From Narcine bancroftii (lineage: Eukaryota): a stretch of DNA of 64,000 nt. Of the stretch, positions 35,797 through 47,268 are shown piece by piece; position 1 is the stretch's first letter, and the number at the start of each line of letters is the position of its first letter. A program made the position numbers and the translations under genes. The stretch spans positions 243,660,001 through 243,724,000 of the forward strand of contig NC_091473.1 in NCBI RefSeq assembly GCF_036971445.1. Direction: 5' to 3'. The notes under the pieces were generated by a model. The model worked only from the letters and a program-made list of their open reading frames with translations, did no database searches and had not been told where the DNA came from.

Positions 35797-36012
35797 GTAA
35801 AACACGAAAGTCTGCAGGCACCAGTAAAAACAATGCCGGATAAATTCAGCAGGTCAAACAATGTACTTTATATTAGCAAAGCTGAAGTTACATAACCCAA
35901 GTTTCGGCTTGAGCCCTTCAGGTATCTTGATGAAGGGCTCAAGCCCGAAATATTTGTTATGCATCTTTACCTTTGCTATATAAAGGACACTGTTTGACCT
36001 GCTGAGTTTCTG
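35797..36012. mobile_element. Palindromic Penelope-like terminal-repeat insertion with 14-bp flanking duplication
   Basis: CATCATTCAAAGTA at 35783-35796 and 36013-36026. Inverted arms are centred on about 35924. Confidence 0.75.
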
Positions 36013-39000
36013 CATCATTCAAAGTAATCGAGCGACTAGGCAAAATGAGCTGTTATGTAACTTGGCAAGAGATAGAATGGCAAATGATTTAATTAGTGAA
36101 CTACAAGGTGCAGCGGAGGTCTAAAGCGCCTTGAGGGTCTTGCACATGGAGCATTGAAATGTCATGAAGAGGTGCGGAAAAATCGCTAAAAAGCCCAGTG
36201 GAATTCTAACCTTTATACATGCAGGACTGGAGTACAAATTGAAGTTAATGCTGTCTGCAATCTCTTTTGACTCAAAGTTATCTGATACAGTGTAGGCCCT
36301 AATGGGGTACATTGCACAATTAGCAGCAAACTTTAGGGACAAAATATTTGAAATCCATGTCAAACATTTATTAGAGTATCTTGGATTTCAAGGATACTGG
36401 TTAGTGGGTGATTTGATTGAACTTTTCAAGATTTTAATTGCAATATAAATGAGATTGATATTATTTCTGATTGGTTAGCAAGACCAGATTTTGTGTAATA
36501 CTTGGTGTCAGATGTTTCAGGAATAATATGAAGCTGATAGAAATGTGGAACTTTTTTCACAACAAATATAAAATCATCCATTAAACTCTGATTCTTTGAT
36601 ATGGGAGTCAGTCCACAGTTCAACCATGATCATATTGGTTTGCAGAATAGATTTGTGGGTGTAAGTAGTCTTCTCTTACTCTTTTGGCTTCTTCCTCATG
36701 TCTTGCTGAATATTTATTTTGCACGCTGTGTCACCAAACCAAAACATCATCTTGCTCACGATGTTAGGAGTTTGCTGTTGGCTTCCCAATATCTTTCACC
36801 ACAATAGATGGCTAAACTTTAAAAGTACTTACTTGCTATCAAGTACTTTAGGACATCCCATGACCATTTATTATTATTTATTTATAACATGTAACTCTGA
36901 TGTGTGGTATTAGTTGCTACTCCTGTTTTACTGTTAACGGAAACAGGCCACCACTGTCTGAGTGAAGATGTTCCCCCTCATGCTACTTCTAAACTTTTGC
37001 CTCCTAACTCTTAACCTCTTGTTTGAACTTCACCTGCCCTCAAGCGAAAGAGTCTATTCACATCTACTCTATCTAATCCCTCACATAATTTTTAAATACC
37101 TCTAACATTGATGAGTACAGATTTGTCCTCATAACACTGAGGTATTGTTCTGGTAGCTACAGGCAAACTCCCACACTGTACCTCAAAGGATTGTATTTAT
37201 TGGAAGGGATGAATTAAAGCTGTGGTTCCCAACCTTTTTGACAAAAAGCCCCACTTATTCACACATACTAAAATACTTGCATTCCCATGAATGGTACTGA
37301 CTGCTCCTTTTTAAAGGAGTTTGGGCTGACCAATGATCGCTGACTATTCAATAGCTGGGAGAGCTAGAGTTACAAGTATATTGGTATTTATTTTAATTTG
37401 TGAAGTTTCAAACTGGATTATCTCAATATTATTAAACCTTTACAGATGTCCAAAGATTCTTGGCATCTCACCCCAGGAAGGTTGGATACCTCAGGCATGG
37501 AGCCACCGAATTAAGGAATTTAAATGTTATACCTGAACATTTTCTCTTGTGTACCAACCTCATTCTCTAACTAACCCAGTGCCAGAATGAACTCGCTTGT
37601 CAGTGACTCTTTATTACATTCAGGGTGAATTGTACAAACTGAAAGGAGAAGTGCAGGATTTCCACCAGCTGTTGAAATGGTGGGGTTGGCTTGGGTTGAT
37701 CCCAGCTGATTTTCCCCGAAGCCAACAGACTGCACAGTTTGGCATGTATGAAGCATCCTATTTGGATTGGCTCCAGGAAGCAACTGAGTGCAGCAGGTGT
37801 TGATTTTGCTGCTGTGTTTAATTTGTCATGTTTTCCTCATGATGAGTATATGCAGATATCTCTCGACCTGTGGTCGGACATTCATATTGACTCTTATTGC
37901 TGCAGTCAACCACTTGGAATATTTTGCGCAGGCTGGTCACCCTGTGATAGGAAGGATGTCATTAAGATGGAAAGGGTGCAAAAAAGATTCAGGAGAACGT
38001 TACCGGGACTGGAAGGCTGAAGGTATGAGGCTGTGGTGTAACCTTGCTAAAGTCATGAGGGGTGATACTTCTAAACTTTTGCCTCCTAACTCTTAACCTA
38101 TTGTTTGAACTTCACCTGCCCTCCCACAGAATAGAAGAGTCTACTGGAGGGCATAGGTGAGAGGAAAACAAATTAGAAGAGCTTGAGAGTGTTGCATATA
38201 AGGATTGAGCTGCTAGAGGAAGTGATAGAGGCAAGTGCACTTATGACATTTAAGAAAGATTTGGAAAGGCACATGTATAGGGAGGGTTTAGAAAGATGTG
38301 TGCCAAATGCAGGCAAATGAGACTGGCTCAGCTAAGTAAGTTGGCTAGCATAGACAAGTTAACTTGAAGGGCCTTTTCCCCCTGCTGTACAGCTCTATGA
38401 CTGTGTGTACAAACGCATGGCTTAGATTATTTAGCGCTTCCATGATTTATTTCTAAATTGGAAGCATTCTCGCCTCAGCTATTCCAGAGACTTGAGCTTG
38501 CAAAATAGGTAGATATCTACCGAATTTTGACTTTAATTAAGATGCTTGCCTTATTTTTGCTCATACCTTGAAGAAGGGCTCAGGCCTGATATGTCAGTAG
38601 TATATCTTTACCTCCTACAGATGCAGCGAGACTGGCTGAGTTCTTCCAGCTTTTCTCTGTGGCAAGGTATTTCATCTTTTCACTCCCTGCCTTTAAAGCT
38701 GGCTTTCACTTGGAGCAGATCTCCCAGAAGCTCTGTGAAGCTCAGCTTAGCTCATTGTTTGCCTGAATGTAACTGCCAGGCTCTGCTCCAAGACTGATGT
38801 GAAACCCAAGCTCACCAGTACTTGAGATTATATGTTTTTGATCGTCTCTGGCATCTTTGATTTCTTAAAAAAATAAACAAAAACAATTTAAAATTCTAAA
38901 AGAAAATGCTTCAATGCAGTAAAGGAAATTAATTACCATTAGCTCAAGTGGGGGGGGGGGGGGGTAAAGAATTTTGCTTGATCTCTCTGCAACCATTTCT

Positions 39001-40518
39001 TCATGTTGAAATTAACATGACTCCATGTTCAGTGACAGAGACAGGTGTACTGGTTTTCCCAATCAGCTAAGTCGAAGTGTCAGACTCCTGTCTTCGTCGG
39101 GGGTCCTGAACTTTTGCCCAGTTAAGTTGCTAAAGGTTGGGGTTGTGAGCAAGCCAACCAGATTTTGAGTGTACGATTCACCCTGATGATTTGGTGTTAA
39201 CTAATTGAATTTGACAGAGCAAAGTGTTATCCCCTGATGTGGAGAAAGGCCGAGTGTAAGATTAAAGAATTGAGCAAGTACCCAGGGACCAGAAGGTGCA
39301 TTTGTAACAGTCTGACCATCCAAGTAGCCCCAATTACACGTGAACTTCCACAGAATATTTTACAGATTAACATTTGGCATCAGGACTCTTAGTTTAAAGA
39401 GTGGGCAGCAGAAATGCAGACCAAATGATTGCTGCCCGATTATTATCCTGTCATCCCACTGAAGAGTGAGATTTTTAAAAAAAACAAACTCCGCACCTCA
39501 GGCAGCATCTGTGGAGGCAGGGATGGTTGATGTTTCTGGTCGAGCTTCTGAATCAGGATCTAAAGTGAAAGTAGGCTGAATGTTTGAGGGACTAGGATGG
39601 GTTCTGTCTAACTGGGTTAAATAACCTCACTGTCAAACGTCACAAGTGGGCCGGAAGACCTATTATTATGATGTATGTCTAAATTCCATGTTCTCATGGA
39701 CTGGGGTGGTTGGCTACTGGTTCAGCCTTTGGAAGTAGCAAAGCTCTTGAGATCAGATTTCATTTCTGTAGCAACTTTCACATTCCAGGCTATCCCAAAC
39801 CATTTACAGCAAGGGGGCAGAGCTCATTTTTGGGCTCTGCCTCCCCCCTCCTCCTCCTCGCTCTTCCCCTTTGGACTCTGCTCAAAGTTAATGGGCCCCT
39901 TCCCTGTGAAGTGGTCAAGTTTAGTGCAGGACTGTATTGAGAACAGTTCTCCTTCAATGGACCTCGACTCCCTGGCAGTCTGGATTTGTTGGTCAAGTTC
40001 TTGATCTGGAACTGAACTATTAACCTGATGACTCAGAGACAAACGTACTAGCATTGAGCCACACTCAGATAGAGTAGCACAAATCCTTCTTTCTCAGGGA
40101 TTGTGATTTCATTTGTAATATCTGGATATTCGAGTGCTGAGTTTGTTGATTTTGAACCTAGATCTTCCATATTTCCTGATTCTGGAATGTTGTGTGCAAC
40201 TCTGGTCACTGCATCGAGACGTGGCACATTTTTGAGAAAAAAAGTTTCGTAACATAGATTTGCTTTTCCTGGGGTTTAAGGTTGAGGGTTTGTTTATTAA
40301 TATATTGAAACTGTTTAAGGTATTGGATTAGGTGGACCCAAAGATGTTACTACTTTTTAAATGAGCATTTTGGACATAATATTAAAATTAAAGATGGAAT
40401 GTTCAGATTAAATTGGAAACACTTTTACAGGAGAATGTTACCGAAAGTTTGAACTCTTTCCCCCTAAAGGCATGTGTCTGCTAGTTGTCAACTAACGGTT
40501 TTGAGAGTGAACTCATTA

Positions 40519-40850
40519 CAGGTTGAATACCCTATTCTGAATATCTGAAACAATCCAAAATCCGAAACTATTTTCGTCTACGGTCCCATAAGGTTATATG
40601 TAATATATAATAGTTTAGAAATCCCGATTGGAGAACGGGACATGGCAGATGTAAGTAGTGCATTATTGAGTACAGATTTTTCAATATATATCTACTTCAG
40701 TTAATTTGTGCATATGTTAATATTTGTATTGTAACGTGAATGCATGTATCTTTAAGTCTGAGTGAAGGAGTGCACATTTTTTCAATGGTGTTCGAAAATC
40801 CGAAACACACTTCTGCTTCGAAGCATTTCGGATAAGGAGTACTCAACCTG
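40519..40850. mobile_element. Tc1/mariner (Tigger-like) MITE
   Basis: TA|CAGGTTGAATACCCTATTCTGAA ... TTCGGATAAGGAGTACTCAACCTG|TA: imperfect TIRs with a TA target duplication. Confidence 0.8.
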
Positions 40851-41639
40851 TAGTTTGTTTTCGAGTTGGGAAACTGAGGGTTAAGGACCAGCTAAGTACA
40901 CTTAAGGTGGGACACATGGAAGATCTCAGTACCTGAGTGTCCAGTTTAATTCTAACCAGACATTGTGTGTTGGTGCATTAGGAGATGGGTCCTCCTCCCT
41001 TCGCAGGAGGCCGATGAGATAGCAGTGTTTATGGAACTGAACACTGGTGATAGTTGACTTCTTGGATAACAAACTTGGAGACGTGGGGGAGGCGGGTGGG
41101 GGTGTTGGTTGGATTCCCGAAGCTATATTTCTAAGGAAGAAACACTTCTTTTGGGTGATGACTTATCCCAAATCACTTAATGAACTGTGTCAGTTTATTT
41201 GAGTAACCCTCCTTTTATAAATAGGATGGGGAAGTACAAGAAATAATGCTTGCAGTCACTTCAGTGATGTATTTATTTTTAGGGCTCTTTCAACAACTTT
41301 GGTATGTTTGAAAAATGTCTATTTCTGTTTAAAATGTTTGCAATTTGAGATGGATATTTTCTTTGCAAACTAGTAGTGGGCATGCAGTCAGCAGTTCAAA
41401 AGTAGTCAGTATGTGATTTTTTTAAAATGCTGATGGTGAGAAGTCTAATCTAGTCATCGGACTGATGGGTAAATTAATGACCGATGACCTCGATTAATTC
41501 ATACCTTGAAGAAGGGCTCAGGCCCAAAACATCGGTTATATTAGCTTTACCTTTCTATGATGCTGCAAGACCTGCTGAGCCCCTCTCACATTTCTGTGTT
41601 TTTACTGCAATCATGGCATCTGCAAACTTTTGTGTTTCA

Positions 41640-42166
41640 CTCCATTCATTGGAGCGCCTTCATCCCTAATGTCGAAGTACTCGAGATGGCAGAGGCCGAC
41701 AGCATCGAATCCACGCTGCTGAAGATCCAGCTGCGCTGGGTGGGTCACGTCTCCAGAATGGAGGACCACCGCCTTCCCAAGATCGTGTTCTATGGCGAGC
41801 TCTCCACTGGCCACCGTGACAGAGGTGCACCAAAGAAGAGGTACAAGGACTGCCTAAAAAAATCTCTTGGAGCCTGCCACATTGACCACCGCCAGTGGGC
41901 TGATATCGCCTCAAACCGTGCATCTTGGCGCCTCACAGTTCGGCGGGCAGCAACCTCCTTTGAAGAAGACCGCAGAGCCCACCTCACTGACAAAAGACAA
42001 AGGAGGAAAAACCCAACCCCAACCAACCAATTTTCCCCTGCAACCGCTGCAACTGTGTTTGCCTGTCCCGCATCGGACTTGTCAGCCACAAACGAGCCTG
42101 CGGCTGATGTGGACATTTACCCCCTTCCATAAATCTTCGTCCGCGAAGCCAAGCCAAAGAAAAGAA
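41640..42166 (+). mobile_element. RTE-clade LINE 3' end
   Basis: QLRWVGHVSRMEDHRLPKIVFYGELSTG.R.RGAPKKRYKDCLK, a frameshifted C2H2 tail (FPCNRCN.VCLSRIGLVSH.RAC), and an aagccaaagaaaagaa tail. Confidence 0.9.
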
Positions 42167-42269
42167 TAGTCTGGACACCCAAATATTCGAATTGGATGCT
42201 GCAGCCGTGGAATTTAAATTCAGTTGATAATTTGGAATTTAAAAAAATCTTCTTAATGATGGCCATAGA

Positions 42270-44490
42270 ACTACTGAAGCAAATCAAAATTGCTGGAGTG
42301 ATTCGGTGGGTCAGGCAGCACCTGTGGGGACAGAGGGACAGTTGTTGTTTCAGGTCAACGGTACAGCAGGATTGAGAGTGAGAGGGGAACCAGCCAGTAT
42401 AAAGGAACGAGGGAGGAGGCAAGCATTGGCAGGTGATAGGTGAACCCAGGTAAGTAGTGGGATGATGGATAGGTGGAGTCAGAGAGAAGAGTGGAGGTAT
42501 TGACAGAAGCTGGAAGGTAATAGGTTGAAATGCTGATAATTCTGGAACCTGATGAAGAATGTGAAAATGGAACAAATAAGGGAGGGATGATGAACTGATA
42601 GAACCAATTGAAAGAAAGGCTGGAGAAGGGGGTTAGAAAGAAGCGGGGTGGGGTGAGAGTACCTGTGTGGACCAGAAGGAGAGAGAAGGGAACATGGGTG
42701 GGTTTCCTGAAATTGGAAAATTCATTGCTCATGCCATTGGGTTGCAGATTGCCCATCTGAAAGGTTCTCCTTCTTCAGGAAACCTGGTTTCCTGTCAAAT
42801 GGTTGATGGCATCCCTGCCATTTCCTATACTTCTAGTGACCACATCCTGCCAGACACAACAGAGGTAGAATCCCCTTAGTCCATACCTTTTGCCCTATCA
42901 ACCTCCCATCCAGCACATCGCTCTCTGTCAGTTCAGTAAAGTACTGTGTGTTCCCACCAATAGTCATATCTTCGCCTCCCATCCCCCTTCTGCTTTCTTT
43001 CTTTTCCTGGTTTGCTGATCCCTCTCCACCTCTCTGCTCCCATCTGCTGGCTTTTTGCCCTACAACATTTTAGTGTAGCGGTTAATTCATCACTGTTACA
43101 GCACCTATGACCAGGGTTCGAATTCAGCACTACCTAAAAGGAGTTTGTACATCCTCCCCGAGTCTGTATGGGCTTCCTCCAGGTGCTTTGGTTTCCTCCT
43201 ACTGTTCAAAAATAAACAAGGGTTATAGGTGAATTGGGTGGCACAGATTCGTGGGTCAGAAGGGCCTGTTACCCTGCTGTATGTCTCAATATAGGTGGTG
43301 TAATGTCTTTCCCTCCCCACCATCCCGGGACCTAACCATCATCCAGGGACCTAAACGAGAACTAAGGGGACACAGCCTCAAGATTCAGGGGAGTAGATTT
43401 AAGATGGAGATGAGGAAAAACTGTTTTTCCCAGAGAGTAGTGAATCTGCGGAATTTTCTACGCAGGGAAGCAGTTGAGGTTACTCATTAAACATATTTAA
43501 GGTTCAGTTAGATAGATTTTTATATAAAAATGCAATTAAGCGATATGGGGGAAAAGGCAGGTAGGTGGAGTTGAGTTAATGATGAGATCAGCCATGATCT
43601 TATTGGATGGCCTACCCCTGCTCCTATTTCTTGTGTAAACAGCCCATCCAGGCAATGAAGACATTCATATGTACCTCCTCTAACCTTGTCAATTGTAGTC
43701 GGTGCTCACATCGTGGCCTGCTCTATGTCAGCAAAACCAATGCAGACTAGACAACATTTTGCCAAGCATTTATCCATGTTGAGCTCCCTTCCTGTTCCCA
43801 AACTGACATGCCTGTGGTCTGCCTTTTCCACTTCCGCAGTAAGGTCAAGTGCAAACCAGAAGAATAGTACCTCGTACTCCGCTTGGGTATGGGACAACCC
43901 AATGGTATGAGCATTGAATTTTCCAGTTTCAGGTAACCTGCATCCCCTATATTTGTTTCTCTCCTTTTGATCCACAGCTTGCACCCCACTTCTTTCCAAC
44001 CCCAGACCCTGTTACACATCTTTTTTCCCCTCCTACTTGGTTCAATATGCCCTTCACCTACATACTTAATTCACTGGATCTCCCATCGGTTCCATCTACC
44101 CACCATCCCTCCTTTATCTGGTTTCACTTATCACCTTGCTGATTGGCATGTAGGATCTTCAGCTCTTTGTTCCCTTATCAACCTTCCAGCCTGTACCCCC
44201 ATCCTTCCAGTCTCTACCACTCCCCCTCCTCCTCCCACCAGCTATTTTGCCCAACATCCCCCTCCTCTCCTGGTCCCACCTATCATCTGCCAGTTCCTGC
44301 CTCACCCCTCCCCTTCACCTCCTTGTACAAGCTATCTCCCCTTGGCCCCGTCAGTCTGGATGCAGATTCTCAACTTGAAACATGGACACCCTCCTGCCTC
44401 CTTAGATGCTGCCTGACCTGCTGAGTTCCTCCAGCATTTTTTTTATTTGCTCCAGATTCCAGTATGTGTAATCTCTTGTGTCTACAAAAT
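42270..44490. mobile_element. Penelope-like retroelement remnant with inverted 5' terminal repeat; contains SINE (about 43070-43290) and CR1 (about 43350-43635) insertions
   Basis: Decayed GIY-YIG region F.CTSSNLV.C..CS..GLLY...T...L..HFAKHL at about 43660-43775. 42711-42744 is an imperfect reverse complement of 43894-43928. Confidence 0.65.
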
Positions 44491-45832
44491 GACTGATTTC
44501 TTGTAAAAACCCATCTAGTTCCTTGATGATTTTCAGGAGTGGAAATCTGCCATTCTTGCCTGATTTGGCCAAGATGTAACTCTGGACTGGTGTTCCTTGA
44601 AATTAACAAACCATTGTATTTCAGGTTAAATATTAAATGCTGGTCATGCAGGTGACCAATGAAGGCATTGCCAATGTTTATTGCAAAATGAATAAATATA
44701 TTAAAAAAAACTCAAGGAGGAAGTCCTGAGGTAGCAATGAATATATTGAAAAATTCACCAGCAGGTTCAAATGATATCAATAAGATAATGTTGTCACCAA
44801 ATGTATTGATGCAGATGCTCTGTGCTAGCAGGTGGTTCAGTGATAGTAGGCTCACTGATGCATCACAAGGTCATGGGCTCAAGACATCAATTTGTCTTTC
44901 ACTGCGGTGATGAGTTCAACCCCAGCATTCACCTATTAACATTTCACAACTCTGTCACCCTAGATTTCACGGTGCACATATAGACTTGTTTGCAGAAGTA
45001 AAGCTCAGGGAATGAAGGAAGCAATGGCAGGATAGGTATGAAATTGACTGAGAGATGGTAATAGCAAACAGTTGGTTTTCGGACGGGAGATACAGACTGA
45101 AGTCTACGGTGGTGTTCCCCAGGGCCTATAATTAGGCCGAGTGCCTTTTTGCTATTTAGTAATGATCTCGACTGGTAATGATAGAAATGGATGAAAGTGA
45201 CAAGAAAATCAGTAGGCTTTGAATAAACAGACAAAAATTGACTTTGAATTAGATTAAATTAATGCAGAGCAGTGATACATTATTTGGGGAGAAGATGCAC
45301 CATAAACTGAATTATAGTTTTCAAAGGGTTGCCGAAACTGTGAGATCTGTGGGTGCATGATCAATTGAGAAGGCTGTTTTAGAGATAACACTATCTCCAT
45401 TTTATAGAGTACAAAACCAAGGAAATTATAAATCATTTTAGAAATGAACAGTTGAGCCTCGGATAATGTATTGCGTATTGCCGGGATCTGGAACACGCTG
45501 ACTGTGAAAGTTGATTCAAAGGTGATATTCAAAAGGAGAATTAAACATTTATTTACATATATAAAGAAAACATTGCTAGGCTTTGGGAATATGGCAGGGA
45601 GTAGGAGATGAATTAGATGATCTACCAGAATGCTGAATGGACAGTTTGATTCCCTTGGTTTCCCAAAAAATCTGTCGGCTCAAATCCTGAAATAAGGAAG
45701 AGGGGATATGGACCAAGGTGAGTTTAGCATGGTGGCCACATCATTGCCTTTCATGTCAGTACAGAAAGAAGCTCATTTAATTTGCTTTTTGATCGCTTCA
45801 AGCATTGTGACTGTTTCAACGTATATTTTCAG

Positions 45833-45901
45833 GCACAGAATCGGAGGACTGTGGCAAGGATGTGAGAAAGAAAATTGAGACAATGCGACTGATTAGAGAA
45901 G
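45833..45901 (+). CDS. ATXN7L2: ATXN7L2 coding exon 2 (GTESEDCGKDVRKKIETMRLIRE)
   Basis: tttcag acceptor, G|gtaatg donor, phases 1/1. Matches the family motif KK.E.M.L.RED. Confidence 0.88.
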
Positions 45902-46003
45902 GTAATGGACCAGAAGAGTCGGGGTATGGATGGGGATTGATATGAAGCTGATCAAAAGGAATTGACAAAAAAAGGATTCCCCTATTCTCAACTTTCTTTA
46001 TAG

Positions 46004-47118
46004 CACACATGTCAAACTCTGGCCCGCGGGAATTATATTTGGCCCGCAAGATCATATTAAATGTGTATTAGATTTGGCCCGCTGGCCGCCGCGCCAGTAT
46101 AGCGCATGCACACTGAAGGTGAAAATGAAGACGCCAGAGGTGTGGAGGGATCTCAGAGTCCCAAATCCCAGGGATCGGAGCGCCGCACTCAGCCCGCCCG
46201 GCTCCCGGACACACAGACGCGGCTGGAGTTGGGGACCATCCTCGCTGGGTTTGCGCTTCAGCGGTGACGCCAGACCGAACGTCTCATTGGCGGTGCCTTC
46301 CCCCTCGCTCCGTGCGCGGCGGACCCTGCCTCCCGCTCCTTTTGTTGGAGACGAGCCCAGCGCCGTGAGATCGCAGTTTAATCCCTCTCCAACCATGGGA
46401 GGGGGGTGGGAGCAACGCGCTCTTCTCAGCCAATTCCTCCACCGCCCCGGACGCCGGCGTTTCAACGGGGGATTCGGGTGCCTTCGTCAGGCGACCGACC
46501 TGTTGGTCCAAGACAAGGGGAGAGCGTACAAACTCCATACAGACAGCACCTGAACTCGGGTGAACGTGGAGCTGCGACCCCACATTCCACATCAGGACTG
46601 TGTGTAAGATTGGGAGCAGTGAGACGGAAGCTTATTTTGTTCCTGTGATTTAAGCCTTTCTTGGTTTGGGGGAGGGGGGGTCCTTCTCTGACCACTTGCC
46701 TAACAATTAACCTAATCAGATGTGGAGTTACCACAATACAACAGTTCTCAACCTTTTTCTTTCCACTCACGTCCCTGTGCCATTGGTGCTCTGTGATTAG
46801 TAAGGGATTGCTTAAGGTGGTCTGTGGGTGGAAAGAAAAAGTTTGAAGACCACTGCTTTAATCATCCCTCATTGACTCGTCATGTGCACGGTTTCAGAGC
46901 TCCAAAGAAATGGGCCAATGACAATGACAATGAAAGAGTTTATCCAAAACTATTATTAAGCATTTATTTTAATAAGAAAAAGTTTAACATTACATATGTT
47001 GAAAGAAGAGAAAACATGCAGATGTTGTTGAAAATTTTCAATAAATATTTAGTTCGGCCCTCGACTTAGTCCAAGTTTTTAATTTTGGCCCTCCGTGAAT
47101 TTGAGTTTGACATCCCTG
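46004..47118. mobile_element. hAT (Charlie-like) non-autonomous transposon with nested SINE and MITE pieces
   Basis: 8-bp TSD CTTTATAG (45996-46003, 47119-47126). Imperfect TIRs CA...ATGTCAAACTC / GAGTTTGACAT...TG. Subterminal GGCCCGC repeats. Confidence 0.88.
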
Positions 47119-47163
47119 CTTTATAGTATCTATGAGTACAGGTTATTTTCACCTCTATTTCAG

Positions 47164-47268
47164 ATATGCCAATCTTTGGTCATTGCCCTGCCTATGATGA
47201 GTTCTTTCTTGTGGTGTGTAACCAGTGTGGACAAGTCGTTAAACCTCAGGCATTTCAGATGCACTGTG
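47164..47268 (+). CDS. ATXN7L2: ATXN7L2 coding exon 3 (DMPIFGHCPAYDEFFLVVCNQCGQVVKPQAFQMHC), first zinc finger
   Basis: tttcag acceptor, G|gtaagt donor. Hallmark ataxin-7/Sgf73 ZnF motif. Confidence 0.97.

Noticed and set aside
35157-35861. 234-aa antisense ORF over ATXN7L2 exon 1
   Set aside because: It starts in a Penelope remnant and runs through a stop-poor CpG island, with no recognisable domain.
46052-46770. Cluster of overlapping ORFs in ATXN7L2 intron 2
   Set aside because: They lie in the GC-rich interior of a non-autonomous hAT element, with no transposase or other motifs.
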